A stretch of DNA of 64,000 nucleotides from Elusimicrobia bacterium RIFOXYD2_FULL_34_15 (GTDB taxonomy: Bacteria > Elusimicrobiota > UBA8919), in contig MGVS01000097.1 of the NCBI GenBank assembly GCA_001800605.1, positions 12,694 through 76,693 of the forward strand, read 5' to 3'. A program made the translations under genes and the position numbers. Below the pieces are notes generated by a model that saw only the letters and a program-made list of their open reading frames with translations, made no database searches and had not been told where the DNA came from. Of the stretch, positions 1 through 9,575 are shown in pieces (position 1 is the first letter of the stretch; every line of letters starts with the position of its first letter).

Positions 1-51
1 ATGATGCCTTATCTGTTGCCTAAGTTTCTCAATTTTTTGTTTTACGTCCAT
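1..51 (-). CDS. ligA: NAD-dependent DNA ligase LigA, N-terminal fragment (gene continues beyond window start)
   Basis: Minus-strand ATG at 51 gives MDVKQKIEKLRQQIRHH..., matching the conserved LigA N-terminus (IEELR..L..H...YY). Only 17 codons are visible. Confidence 0.45.
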   Translation of the reverse strand, partial: MDVKQKIEKLRQQIRHH

Positions 52-113
52 ATCTGCCTCAACTAATCTTTCTTTTTATCTCGAGAGCGTTGAAAAAGCA
101 CTCACCGCTCTTG

Positions 114-174
114 ATTACACAGATTAAAACAAAGATTACACAGATTAGGTCACGATTGTAGTATCTGTGTAATC
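114..174. repeat. Cluster of the dispersed 12-mer: GATTACACAGAT at 114-125 and 134-145 (21 bp spacing), and its inverse ATCTGTGTAATC at 163-174, forming an inverted pair
   Basis: Exact 12-mer matches read directly from the sequence. Located between nusB and the ligA start. Confidence 0.8.
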
Positions 175-194
175 GCCTTTCAAAATCGGCGTAA

Positions 195-626
195 TCAGTG
201 ATTGTTGGGTTTTTCAACAACCACATCTCTTAAACCTTTTATCTTATCCAAAATGCCGTTAACAAATTTTCCGGAATTTTCCGTAGAAAAATCCTTTGCA
301 AGTTCTATCGCTTCATTTATTACAACGTTAGGGGGTGTTTCTGGTGTATAAAGCAATTCGTAAGAAGCAAGCCGTAAAATAGCTCTGTCGATTGATGCCA
401 TTCTGTCTAAATCCCAATTTTCAGCTATTTTTTTCAGATACTCATCTATTTCATTAAGATTACTTATTGTTCCGTCAACTAATTCATTAGCAAAAGAAAC
501 TACATCCCTGTCATAATCATTTGTACTCCAGAATGCTTTTTCGGCTTCTTCTTTACTAACCTTACACACATCTACCGCGTAAAGTATTTGCATTGTACTT
601 TCACGTGACAATCTTCTTGAACCCAT
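195..626 (-). CDS. nusB: Transcription antitermination factor NusB
   Basis: 143 aa. NusB-family sequence. Classic ribH-nusB linkage. Confidence 0.9.
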   Translation of the reverse strand: MGSRRLSRESTMQILYAVDVCKVSKEEAEKAFWSTNDYDRDVVSFANELVDGTISNLNEIDEYLKKIAENWDLDRMASIDRAILRLASYELLYTPETPPNVVINEAIELAKDFSTENSGKFVNGILDKIKGLRDVVVEKPNNH

Positions 627-659
627 TTCTTTTTTACCTCTCTAAGAATTTCTGATTAC

Positions 660-845
660 GAAGATTTAATGGCTAGATTTAATCTGTGCCCGCCACTGAT
701 ACTTTGGCGGGTAAATAATCTCTTTTTCTAATCTGTGTAATCTTGCACACGGAGCTCGCCCGCCTGACTAGCGAAGTCGGGCAGGTAGCTACTGCAACGA
801 GCGAGTATGCAATCCCGATTTATCGGGATAATACCTCTTAATCCC
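660..845. repeat. Composite intergenic element: GC hairpin cccgccactgatactttggcggg, then ATCTGTGTAATC at 731-742, a variable core, and the perfect 7-2-7 inverted repeat TCCCGAT-TT-ATCGGGA followed by ATAATACCTCTT
   Basis: Both ends are shared almost exactly with 60455-60550. Confidence 0.7.
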
Positions 846-1310
846 CTATATTATAGCATTTAAATTTGCCATTTCCATAGCCATATTGGCAGCTTCCGCA
901 CCTTTATTACCGGATTTTGTTCCTGCTCTCTCAATTGCCTGTTCAAGATTCTCTGTTGTTAGTACGCCAAAAATTATCGGTATACCGGTTTTCAGCCCTG
1001 TTGATGCAATACCTTTTGTCACTTCAGATGCGATGTAATCAAAATGAGGTGTGTCGCCCTTTATTACAGCACCAAGGCAAATAACCGCATCGTATTTTTT
1101 TGATGATGCAAGTTTACTTGCAAAAAAAGGAATTTCAAAAGATCCAGGCACCCACACGATATCAATGTTTTTATCGTCTGCATCATGCCTTTTCAATGAA
1201 TCTAAGCATCCGCTTAGTAGTTTAGATGTAATAAATTCATTAAATCTTGAAACTACTATAGCAAATTTTAAACCTTTTGCAACCAGCTTACCTTCAAAAA
1301 CCTTACCCAT
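846..1310 (-). CDS. ribH: 6,7-dimethyl-8-ribityllumazine synthase
   Basis: Lumazine synthase homology from MGKVFEG onwards. The ORF-track start at 1349 adds 13 residues that are just the translation of the GC-rich repeat at 1323-1397, so the start is moved to 1310. Confidence 0.88.
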   Translation of the reverse strand: MGKVFEGKLVAKGLKFAIVVSRFNEFITSKLLSGCLDSLKRHDADDKNIDIVWVPGSFEIPFFASKLASSKKYDAVICLGAVIKGDTPHFDYIASEVTKGIASTGLKTGIPIIFGVLTTENLEQAIERAGTKSGNKGAEAANMAMEMANLNAII

Positions 1311-1322
1311 AAATCCTCCCAA

Positions 1323-1397
1323 TCCGACTTGTCGGATTGGCCTCGCCAAAGTTTCAGTGGCGGGCCATCCTTTTGCCTCTTTACCTTTTTACCTGCC
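1323..1397. repeat. GC-rich palindromic element (cctcgccaaagtttcagtggcggg family) plus a ttacc-type tail
   Basis: Shares CCGCCAAAGTTTCAGTGGCGG with 39871-39920 and 40178-40232. Confidence 0.6.
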
Positions 1398-2597
1398 TTA
1401 TAATAAATGGCCGAATTTTTCTTTTTTCGTTTTTAAATATTTTTCTGCTAGTTTTGTTTTTGGTTCTATCTGTATAGATATTCGTCTTGTAATTTCCAAC
1501 CCGTAACCTTCCAACCCAACAATCTTTTTTGGATTATTGGTTAAAAGATGTATCGTAGACAACCCTAAATCAGAAAGAATCTGCGCTCCAATTCCATAAT
1601 CTCTTAAATCGGCTTTAAAACCAAGCTCCAGATTCGCTTCAACGGTATCAAGCCCTCTATCCTGCAATTCGTATGCCTTTATTTTATTTAAAAGTCCGAT
1701 TCCCCTACCTTCCTGATGCATGTAAAGTAAAACACCTAACCCGGTTTTACAAATAATCTGCATCGCTTTTTCTAATTGGTCACCGCAATCGCATCTTAAA
1801 GAATGAAATGTATCACCGGTCAAACATGATGAATGGACTCTAACAATAATATTTTTTTTGCCATTAACATCACCCCTTACTAATGCAACATGGCTTTCTT
1901 TAGTAAGCCTGTCCTGATATAAATGCAATATAAAATCACAATATTGCGTCGGAAAAACTGTTGTCGCTATTCTTTCTACAAGTTTTTCTGTCCGCCTTCT
2001 ATATTCGATAATTTGAGCTATAGTAATTATTTTTAATTTATGTTTTTTGGCAAAACTCATAAGCTGAGGCAATCTTGCCATCGTTCCGTTCTCATTCATA
2101 ATCTCACAAATAACACCAGCAGGATACAAACCGGCCAATTTTGCCATATCAATGCTTGCTTCCGTATGTCCGGCTCTTACAAGCACACCACCTTCTTTAT
2201 ACCTCAAAGGAAAAATATGTCCAGGTTTAATAAAATCTTCCGGTTTTGATTTTTGATTAGTTATTGTTTTTACCGCGAGAGCTCTGTCGTGTGCCGAAAT
2301 ACCGGTTGTTATACCTTTTCTTGCATCGATAGAAACTGTAAATGCCGCCTCTCTTACTTCAACACCGTTTCTTATCATCGGTCCGATTTTAAGCTCGTCC
2401 AGGCGTTTACCTTCAACCGCAATACAAATCAAACCTCTTCCGAATTTAGCCATAAAATTTACTTTTGCCGATGTTATTTTATCAGCAGCATAAACGATAT
2501 CACCTTCGTTTTCACGGGACGGGTCATCTACAATAATTACTGCCTTGCCTTTTTTGAAATCCGAAATTGCATTTTTAACATCTGAAAATTCAATCAT
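1398..2597 (-). CDS. ribBA: Bifunctional 3,4-dihydroxy-2-butanone-4-phosphate synthase / GTP cyclohydrolase II
   Basis: 399 aa. DHBP synthase N-terminal half and GTP cyclohydrolase II C-terminal half with the Cys cluster CDCGDQ. Confidence 0.95.
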   Translation of the reverse strand: MIEFSDVKNAISDFKKGKAVIIVDDPSRENEGDIVYAADKITSAKVNFMAKFGRGLICIAVEGKRLDELKIGPMIRNGVEVREAAFTVSIDARKGITTGISAHDRALAVKTITNQKSKPEDFIKPGHIFPLRYKEGGVLVRAGHTEASIDMAKLAGLYPAGVICEIMNENGTMARLPQLMSFAKKHKLKIITIAQIIEYRRRTEKLVERIATTVFPTQYCDFILHLYQDRLTKESHVALVRGDVNGKKNIIVRVHSSCLTGDTFHSLRCDCGDQLEKAMQIICKTGLGVLLYMHQEGRGIGLLNKIKAYELQDRGLDTVEANLELGFKADLRDYGIGAQILSDLGLSTIHLLTNNPKKIVGLEGYGLEITRRISIQIEPKTKLAEKYLKTKKEKFGHLL

Positions 2598-3220
2598 AAA
2601 TACCCTGCCTTTTTAAGTTTTTCTTTTGTTATACCCCGGCTTTCAGATCTTTGAAGAACATATTTTGAAAGAATATCCGTCTCTAGATTTATTGCTTCAC
2701 CGGCCTTTTTTATACCTAACGTAGTATTTTTCAATGTGTGCGGAATTAGAGAAACTTTAAATGATGTCGGACTTTTTTCAGCAATTGTCAAACTTATTCC
2801 GTCAATAGCTATTGAACCTTTTTCTACAATGTAAACAGATAAATCTTCGGGATTTGAAAATTCCCAAACTTCAGAATTTGCTAATCTTTTAATTGACAAA
2901 ATCTTCCCCGTAGCTTCAACATGCCCATTAACAAAATGCCCGCCGAATCTTCCATCCGCTTTCATCGCTCTTTCAAGATTTACTCTATCACCAACCTTCA
3001 ATTTCCCAAGATTGGTTCTCTTCAAAGTTTCTTCTGAAACATCGAAAGTAATTTGAAATTCATTTTTTGTTAATTTTTCAATTTTTATAGCAGTCAAACA
3101 AGAACCATTGATAGAAACACTATCTCCGATTTTAATATCATCGAGTAGAGTATTAATGGTTATATTTTTTTTATCTATTTTTATGACTGTTCCTAAATCT
3201 TCAATTATTCCAGTAAACAT
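2594..3220 (-). CDS. ribE: Riboflavin synthase alpha subunit
   Basis: 208 aa, begins [10 protein letters not shown], with the internal lumazine-binding duplication. 4-nt overlap with ribBA. Confidence 0.9.
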   Translation of the reverse strand: MFTGIIEDLGTVIKIDKKNITINTLLDDIKIGDSVSINGSCLTAIKIEKLTKNEFQITFDVSEETLKRTNLGKLKVGDRVNLERAMKADGRFGGHFVNGHVEATGKILSIKRLANSEVWEFSNPEDLSVYIVEKGSIAIDGISLTIAEKSPTSFKVSLIPHTLKNTTLGIKKAGEAINLETDILSKYVLQRSESRGITKEKLKKAGYL

Positions 3221-3273
3221 AAACTCACCAATTAACCTATCTACCCTTCTACCTTTTTACCTTTCTACCTAAG

Positions 3274-4326
3274 TTATTTCAGGTAGCCTTCGTATAATAA
3301 ATCATTCTCTATTTTTTTAACAGAAACATTTTTTACTATAATAGCATCTTTGACATATTTTTCATTATTAATTATTTTCGGACAAATAAAGAAATTTATT
3401 TTATCAACCAACCTTGCTTTTAAAAATGCCCTGGCAACCGTTTCGCCGCCTTCAACAATAAGTGATGAAATTTCCAATTTTCCAAGTTCAACAAGAAGCT
3501 TTTTTAAATCTATAAAACCATTATTATCAGGTAATTCCAGAATTTTAACTCCTAAATTACTTAGTTTTTCTTTTTTCTTTCTGTCTGACTGTTTAGATGT
3601 AGCGATAATGGTTTTAGCTTCATTATTTAATACATTTGAGTTAAAAGGGGTTTCAAGATTTGCATCGAGTACAACTCTCCTTGGATTTTTCCCTATTCCG
3701 TGCGATGTTAAACTTGGATTATCTACCAACACTGTATTTGAACCCACAAGAATAGCATCAGTTATACTTCTTAATTTATGAACAATCTTTCTTGAACTTT
3801 CTGAACTAATCCATTTGGAATCACCGGTAAATGTCTTTGTTTTACCATCTATAGAAAATGCTAATTTAAGAATAACAAACGGTATTTTTTTTGTAATATA
3901 TTTTATATAAGTTTCATTTAATTTTTCTGCTTCTTCTTCCAAAATACCGATTTCAACTTTTACATTATTTACTCTTAATTGTTTGATGCCTTTTCCCGAA
4001 ACAAGCGGATTAGGGTCTTTCATCGCAACCACAACTTTTTTAATCCCTAATTTTATAATTTCCGGAACGCAAGGCGGTGTCTTTTTATTATAATGGCAGC
4101 ATGGTTCAAGATTTACATACATCGTTGCACCTTCTGGATTCTTGCAATTATTTAGTGCATCAATCTCTGCATGTGATCCGCCAAAATGCTTATGATAACC
4201 TGTTGCAATTATCTTATTATTTCTTACAATAACACAGCCAACCTGCGGATTAGGGCTTACTTTCCCAACTCCTTTTTTAGCAAGCTTTAGTGCGAGTTGC
4301 ATATATTTAATATCGTTGTTGTTCAT
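3274..4326 (-). CDS. ribD: Bifunctional diaminohydroxyphosphoribosylaminopyrimidine deaminase / 5-amino-6-(5-phosphoribosylamino)uracil reductase
   Basis: 350 aa. CMP/dCMP deaminase zinc motifs (HAE...PCxxC) followed by the RibD C-terminal reductase domain. Confidence 0.92.
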   Translation of the reverse strand: MNNNDIKYMQLALKLAKKGVGKVSPNPQVGCVIVRNNKIIATGYHKHFGGSHAEIDALNNCKNPEGATMYVNLEPCCHYNKKTPPCVPEIIKLGIKKVVVAMKDPNPLVSGKGIKQLRVNNVKVEIGILEEEAEKLNETYIKYITKKIPFVILKLAFSIDGKTKTFTGDSKWISSESSRKIVHKLRSITDAILVGSNTVLVDNPSLTSHGIGKNPRRVVLDANLETPFNSNVLNNEAKTIIATSKQSDRKKKEKLSNLGVKILELPDNNGFIDLKKLLVELGKLEISSLIVEGGETVARAFLKARLVDKINFFICPKIINNEKYVKDAIIVKNVSVKKIENDLLYEGYLK

Positions 4327-4361
4327 ATATTATGATTAATCTGTTCTTTTTTTGCCATAAG

Positions 4362-4399
4362 GGCAAAAAAAGAACCCTAAAGATATTTCTTCAGGGTTA
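4362..4399 (-). terminator. Intrinsic terminator (attenuator) of the FMN riboswitch expression platform
   Basis: Minus-strand hairpin AACCCTgaagaaatatctttAGGGTT followed by cTTTTTTTg, immediately upstream of the ribD ATG. Confidence 0.6.
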
Positions 4400-4427
4400 A
4401 AACAAAATACTACTTACTGCACTATTC

Positions 4428-4545
4428 TCTTCTTTCATCCGGACTTTACCGTCGGTATCTGAGTTTCACAGATTCGATCCCATATTTTTTATGGGACTCG
4501 CGGACTTTAACCGCCGATTGGGAATTTCACCCAACCCCGAAGAGT
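4428..4545 (-). promoter_or_regulatory. FMN riboswitch (RFN element) aptamer controlling the rib operon
   Basis: Minus strand reads cttcggggttgGGTGAAATTCCCaatCGGCGGTtAAAGTCCGCGAGtcccat...atgggaTCgAATCtGTGAAAcTCaGAtaCCGACGGTaAAAGTCCGGATGaAAGAaGAGA. This matches the conserved RFN core blocks. A TATAAT lies about 12 nt upstream. Confidence 0.85.
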
Positions 4546-4576
4546 TTTAACTACGATTATAACGATTTTAAAATCT

Positions 4577-4588
4577 GATTACACAGAT
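4577..4588. repeat. 12-mer GATTACACAGAT in the divergent ribD / mntA promoter region
   Basis: Exact match. It overlaps the -35 position relative to the TATAAT upstream of the FMN riboswitch. Confidence 0.8.
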
Positions 4589-4725
4589 ACATCAAAATAT
4601 TTTAATCACTGTAGTCAAATAACTATATAGTTATTATAAACATATTCCACAAAAAGTCAAGAAAAAAAAATCTTGATAATTACCTGATAATTATATATAA
4701 TTTTTATAGTGATGGAAGATACTTT

Positions 4726-5019
4726 ATGAAAAAACTTGAAAAAATAGAAAATATTATAAAAGAGCACAAAACAGAACTAAAAAAAGATTTTAATATTAAA
4801 CGTATTGGTATATTTGGTTCTTATATTAGAGGTGAGCAAAGTAATAAAAGCGACCTTGATGTTCTTGTTGAATTTAAAGAACCTATTAGTTTGTTAAAAC
4901 AAGCCGCTTTATGGAATTATCTATCTGAACTACTAAGAATTAAAATTGACCTTGTATGTAAGAGAAAAATTAGGCCCGAATTGAAACATAATATATTGCG
5001 AGAGGTTGTATATTTATGA
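4726..5019 (+). CDS. MntA-like nucleotidyltransferase antitoxin (type VII TA)
   Basis: 97 aa. Minimal nucleotidyltransferase fold motif GIFGSYIRGEQSNKSDLDVLVEF. 4-nt overlap with the downstream HEPN gene. Confidence 0.8.
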   Translation: MKKLEKIENIIKEHKTELKKDFNIKRIGIFGSYIRGEQSNKSDLDVLVEFKEPISLLKQAALWNYLSELLRIKIDLVCKRKIRPELKHNILREVVYL

Positions 5020-5360
5020 AAAGAAACACACTACTTTATTTTAAAGATATATTAGATAATATGAAAAAAGCAGAAACTTTTCTTAAAGATGTTAATTATC
5101 AAGATTTTGCCAAAGATGAAGAAAAAAATTATGCTATTGTAAGATGTATAGAAATAATAGGTGAAGCTTCAAAAAATATTCCCAAATTCATTATTGAAAA
5201 ATATCCTGATGTACCCTGGAGGGATATAATCAGAACAAGAGATTTAATATCTCACCATTATGATATAGTTGATTCGCGTGAAATTTGGGATATAGTAAAA
5301 AAAGATATTCCGAGTATAAAACTTTTTATTCAAAAAGCATATAAAGATCTAAAAAAGTAA
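5016..5360 (+). CDS. HepT-like HEPN (DUF86) RNase toxin
   Basis: 114 aa. HEPN Rx4-6H motif RTRDLISHH. Classic MNT-HEPN pairing. These are the only plus-strand genes in the window. Confidence 0.8.
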   Translation: MKRNTLLYFKDILDNMKKAETFLKDVNYQDFAKDEEKNYAIVRCIEIIGEASKNIPKFIIEKYPDVPWRDIIRTRDLISHHYDIVDSREIWDIVKKDIPSIKLFIQKAYKDLKK

Positions 5361-5391
5361 TTTTTTAATATCGCTAATAAATGAGTTCTTT

Positions 5392-5419
5392 CAAAAATAG
5401 GGTAACACCTATTTTTTTA
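5392..5419. terminator. Bidirectional intrinsic terminator between convergent hepT and the small minus-strand ORF
   Basis: caaaaATAGGgtaacaCCTATttttttt: a 5-bp stem with an A-run on one side and a T-run on the other. Confidence 0.45.
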
Positions 5420-5458
5420 TTGAATATAGGTCTATTAACTATAAAAGTGATCTTATAG

Positions 5459-5629
5459 TCAAATTCTTTCAATACCTTCCGTACGCTTGTACAAATACGA
5501 CTGCATTCTACTACTTGGAGTAAACGAATAATATGCGTTGTAATCCACGCACCCGCACGTAGAAAATATCGTGATAGAGCAGCTGTACCAGTTCTTAAAA
5601 CATTTTACTGCCTTTTCAACTTTATTCAT
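5459..5629 (-). CDS. Cys-rich 56-aa micro-ORF (MNKVEKAVKCFKNWYSCSITIFSTCGCVDYNAYYSFTPSSRMQSYLYKRTEGIERI), not in the ORF track
   Basis: Its ATG overlaps the TGA of the upstream 927-aa gene in an ATGA arrangement, suggesting translational coupling. Four Cys in 26 residues. No homology is recognisable by eye. Confidence 0.3.
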   Translation of the reverse strand: MNKVEKAVKCFKNWYSCSITIFSTCGCVDYNAYYSFTPSSRMQSYLYKRTEGIERI

Positions 5630-8409
5630 AATTTTTTTAGTAATTTGATTTTTTCTTGAATAAACTGATTATTTGGCGATAATTTTAAAGCGGTTTCAAA
5701 TTCCTGAAGTGCTTTGTTATATTTTTTCTGTATATAATAAAAATTTCCAAAATTACTGTGAGCTTCTAAAAGATTTGGATTTATCGTCACAGCTTTCTTG
5801 AATTCTATCTCTGCTTCATCAATTCTATTTGTATCGCACAATAAAATACCAAGATTACAGTGTGCATCTACAAAATTTGGATTTATCTTTATGGCATTTC
5901 TATATTCTTTTTCTGCTTTAGCAATTCGTTTTGAATTATATAACAAGATTCCGAGATTATTGTGCGCATCTGAAAGATTTGGATTTATCTTTATTGCTTT
6001 CCTATATTCTTTCTCCGCTTCATTAATTCTGTTTAATTTGTACAATAAATATCCGAGATTATTGTGCGCATCTGCAGATCTGGGATTTGCTTGGACATAC
6101 TTATAGAAATCAGTTATAGAATTTTGATAGTCACCTACTGATAAATACAGACTACCTCGCTTAAAATACGCCCCGGCATTTTCAGGATTAAATTCAATAA
6201 CCTTATTAAAATCTAATATTGCGTTACTAAAATTATGCACTTTATCATAAGCTACTCCGCGGTAATAATATGCCTTAACATAATTATTATCACGTTTAAT
6301 CGCAAGATTAAAATCAGAAATTGCTTCACTAATTTTACTTTCTTTTAGAAAAGAAGCACCGCGAATAAAATAATCCTTAGCATCTTTGCTTTTTGTAGAT
6401 ATTTTTTTAAATTTAATATCATTTTTTTGTAAAATTGAGGCTTTTTCAAAACATGCTACAGCTTCATGCATCATCTTCAATTTACTCATTGCCCAGCCCT
6501 TACCTTCCCATGCATGAATGTAGTTTGGATTTATTTTTATTGCATTGTCAAAAGCTTTAGACGCATTATCAAAATCATATAACCCATAAAGTTCTTCTCC
6601 TTTTTTGTACCAAGATTCGGCCGATACAGGTTCGTCCTGTTTTGTCTCTGCAGTTTCCTTCTTTCTATACGATTTTAAATTTTGGTAAGGCGAATATTTT
6701 AATAATATTCTTTGTTTTGTTGCTTTTGTGAATTGGTCATCTATGTAAACGGTTAATAAACCCCATTTTTCTGGTGTCCAATCTTTATTTAATGTAATTC
6801 CGGGTATCTTATCTGCTACTTCCCAGCCGGGAAAGTAATTAATATTGATTGGTATTTGCAATTGTTTTTCTTTTATATTTGAAATTTCTACTGAAATCTT
6901 GGATGGTGAAACCCACTCTATTTTTATATCCGGATTTGTGTTAAATATGTCAAGCTTTCCGCTTTTTACTTGGGAATGCCGCAAAAAACCAAACTCATCA
7001 TAACCAAAAATACCATCATAGAATTGCATAATACCTTCGTTTTTTTGAAGATATGTAAACATTATGTCACTTTCAAAACATATTTTATCCTGAATTGAAA
7101 ATAGGTTCCAGTCAGGACCTTTATCATGTTCAAATATTTCATTTTTATTAAAATATGCATTGTTATTAAGCGTGAATATGCTCTGAATATAATCTGTATT
7201 TGGTTTGTTTACTTTGAAGTAATCATAAAATATAAATGTACAAATAATAATTAATATCAGATTGGTTTTTCCCTTAAATATTTTACTGATATTAAAAAGT
7301 GCTTCAGTAGAAAAATATGTTACCGGTAATATTAATAGACCGACAAACCAGGTTGGCATGTGCAGTGAGCCAAGAATTAGATTCTTTGAAAATAGTTTCC
7401 AAAACGGATTTAACCCGCCTGGATAGAGAAATAACGCAACAACAATTACTATAAACATAGAAATACTAAAATTAGGATATCTGTGTTTTTTATATTTGAT
7501 TATGGAAATAATTGCCAATATTAATACAAATATCCCTATATAACAGTTTAATAAATATACTTCCAACGAAGGTGCATATTTATACGGAGTGTCATACCAC
7601 GTCTGATTAGGCCATACAAGAGAAGTAATTAATGTGTGTAAAGTACCTGCCCAGGATTGTGATACATAGCCCATATCTAAGTTTCTCGGAAACCAGGAAA
7701 GTAATTGATATGAAAATATCAATTTTGGTGCTGATAACACTATTGCTAAAAATCCATATATTAAAAATCTTTTTATTTTGTAAAATGTTAAAAAAGATAA
7801 CATTATAATAACTACGGATATTGATGTCGCATTAATGCCTGCGTAAACCATTATTGCAAGCCATACAGGAATAGCGTACGAAAATTTATTATTCTTATAT
7901 GACCACAACAATGCAGAAACAAGATACGGGACATAAACCATGTTTTGAACCCAAAAATGCCCCACCGTCAATTGAGACACTAAATAGCCGGAAAATGTAT
8001 AGACTATTGCTCCAAATAAGCGGCACCAGAAATTATCTATTTTAAGCTGTTTTAAAAGGGTAAACATTCCTAACATACTTATTATTGATAGAGTTACTAT
8101 TGAAATACGGAGAGCTAACCACTGGTTATTTATTAATAATGAGAAAAACTGAGGGATGCTGATAAACATATTTGACGGGTTTGCCCATAAAGGAAATCCT
8201 CCTCCAATGTATGAGCTAAAAAACGGAAATTCGTGATAATACAAAAACGAGATTTTATTGGCAAATAAGTTAGTTGCATCGTAATCAAAATTTCCGAATA
8301 GATATCTATAAGGATATTTAAATAACGAACCCCAAAATAAAAATGAAACCAATATACTGCTCAATATCTCAGGTATGTTATTAAGAATAATTTCTTTTAT
8401 TTTTTTCAT
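5626..8409 (-). CDS. Polytopic membrane protein with a C-terminal TPR array (TMTC / DUF2723-like GT-C fold putative glycosyltransferase)
   Basis: 927 aa. About 12 TM helices in the first ~400 residues, then a soluble domain and at least 8 TPR repeats. 4-nt overlap with the upstream HExxH protein gene. Confidence 0.75.
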   Translation of the reverse strand: MKKIKEIILNNIPEILSSILVSFLFWGSLFKYPYRYLFGNFDYDATNLFANKISFLYYHEFPFFSSYIGGGFPLWANPSNMFISIPQFFSLLINNQWLALRISIVTLSIISMLGMFTLLKQLKIDNFWCRLFGAIVYTFSGYLVSQLTVGHFWVQNMVYVPYLVSALLWSYKNNKFSYAIPVWLAIMVYAGINATSISVVIIMLSFLTFYKIKRFLIYGFLAIVLSAPKLIFSYQLLSWFPRNLDMGYVSQSWAGTLHTLITSLVWPNQTWYDTPYKYAPSLEVYLLNCYIGIFVLILAIISIIKYKKHRYPNFSISMFIVIVVALFLYPGGLNPFWKLFSKNLILGSLHMPTWFVGLLILPVTYFSTEALFNISKIFKGKTNLILIIICTFIFYDYFKVNKPNTDYIQSIFTLNNNAYFNKNEIFEHDKGPDWNLFSIQDKICFESDIMFTYLQKNEGIMQFYDGIFGYDEFGFLRHSQVKSGKLDIFNTNPDIKIEWVSPSKISVEISNIKEKQLQIPININYFPGWEVADKIPGITLNKDWTPEKWGLLTVYIDDQFTKATKQRILLKYSPYQNLKSYRKKETAETKQDEPVSAESWYKKGEELYGLYDFDNASKAFDNAIKINPNYIHAWEGKGWAMSKLKMMHEAVACFEKASILQKNDIKFKKISTKSKDAKDYFIRGASFLKESKISEAISDFNLAIKRDNNYVKAYYYRGVAYDKVHNFSNAILDFNKVIEFNPENAGAYFKRGSLYLSVGDYQNSITDFYKYVQANPRSADAHNNLGYLLYKLNRINEAEKEYRKAIKINPNLSDAHNNLGILLYNSKRIAKAEKEYRNAIKINPNFVDAHCNLGILLCDTNRIDEAEIEFKKAVTINPNLLEAHSNFGNFYYIQKKYNKALQEFETALKLSPNNQFIQEKIKLLKKL

Positions 8410-9575
8410 TTCGGTTTTGCGTATCGGATTTTTGTGAATAGTTTGCCGTATTCTTGGTTATCAAATATGTTTTGTTGTTTACAGGCATCTGCCCATATAT
8501 CATCCACGACTTTTGAGGCCGCTTTATCTACTTTTGTATATGCTTCCATAAGTTCGGGCCCTACAAATCCCAAATCGGCAGAAACACCAACTTCCCCTAA
8601 TTTAATTTCTATTCTTTTAAGTGCATAGTTGCTTATACTAGCATGCTTGTATTCGTGTGTCCATAATTCTTTTAGAAAAGCATTCCAATAAAATAACTGA
8701 TTTTCATCAACGTTTTCCGGTATATCCCAATAGGGCAATAATATCTTATTTTGGTATGTTACTTTTATTTCAGTTATTTTTATTTTAGGAATTACATTGT
8801 ATTCCGTGTAATATTTGTATGATATATCAGGTTTTATGGTGCACATTGCTATTGCTTTTCCATTGTCAAAATCAGGCGTTACCTCGAGTACATTTTTGAA
8901 TGCTTCATCAAAATCATTGCCAGTTATATAATAGTATTCGTAAACCAATTTTGAATATCCCACATTCGCCAATAACGGCATTTCTTTATAAAATTTGAAT
9001 CTATCATAAACTCTTTTTTTCGGTTGTATATTATCCGGTGCATTTATCAATTTTATTTTCATCTGTTCGTCAATTATTGTTCCAGGGGTTATTTGCTTTT
9101 CGGTATCTTTGACTGTTTCAGTTGAATCACTTATTATTTCAAAATACCATGTAGTTGATTGGATTATTTGGTCATCAGATGCAATAACTTTCACCTCATA
9201 ACGTCCGGGATTCAGTGAATCGTTTAGTCCATGAAAATATCTATTTCTATTTTCTGCTGTCGGAGTCATTGGTGCTTTATATATTTTATGCACACCTTGT
9301 ATTATCAACTCAACAGAATAACCATATTTTGAATTTTCATTTGGATTTATCGTTACCGCTATCATAGGATTTGTTTCGGTTATTGCGCTGTTTTCTACCG
9401 GCTTGAAGTCGCTGAATTGGGAGGACGTTATTGCTTGTGTATCTGTTATTGTTTGATATGATTCTTGCCTATTGATATTTTTATTTTTTAATTTATACGA
9501 TATTGGCATTACCATATGTGCCATTAGCCATATAATTAATGCAAAAATAACTAATATTACCGCTAATCCCTTCAT
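8406..9575 (-). CDS. Membrane-anchored or secreted putative zinc metalloprotease (HExxH, DUF922-like)
   Basis: 389 aa. N-terminal TM segment, and a C-terminal WTHEYKHASISNY carrying an HExxH motif. Confidence 0.65.
   Translation of the reverse strand: MKGLAVILVIFALIIWLMAHMVMPISYKLKNKNINRQESYQTITDTQAITSSQFSDFKPVENSAITETNPMIAVTINPNENSKYGYSVELIIQGVHKIYKAPMTPTAENRNRYFHGLNDSLNPGRYEVKVIASDDQIIQSTTWYFEIISDSTETVKDTEKQITPGTIIDEQMKIKLINAPDNIQPKKRVYDRFKFYKEMPLLANVGYSKLVYEYYYITGNDFDEAFKNVLEVTPDFDNGKAIAMCTIKPDISYKYYTEYNVIPKIKITEIKVTYQNKILLPYWDIPENVDENQLFYWNAFLKELWTHEYKHASISNYALKRIEIKLGEVGVSADLGFVGPELMEAYTKVDKAASKVVDDIWADACKQQNIFDNQEYGKLFTKIRYAKPK

Noticed and set aside
846-1349. N-terminal extensions of the track ORFs for ribH, lpxA (to 11483), cobU, btuF (to 39185), GIY-YIG (to 45617), the RAM protein (to 60818) and the lysine-tailed protein (to 60376)
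   Set aside because: Homology begins at an internal Met. The extra codons are translations of GC-rich intergenic repeats, and the SD or spacing fits the internal start.
1051-1506. Plus-strand ORFs antisense to strongly supported minus-strand genes. This applies throughout the track, for example 1051..1506, 2040..2249, 2253..2585, 3350..3781, 5798..6106, 9662..10300, 17479..17712, 23739..24098 and 34636..34938.
   Set aside because: They are fully embedded in genes with clear homology on the other strand. They have low-complexity or biased composition and no recognisable domains. They are typical shadow ORFs.
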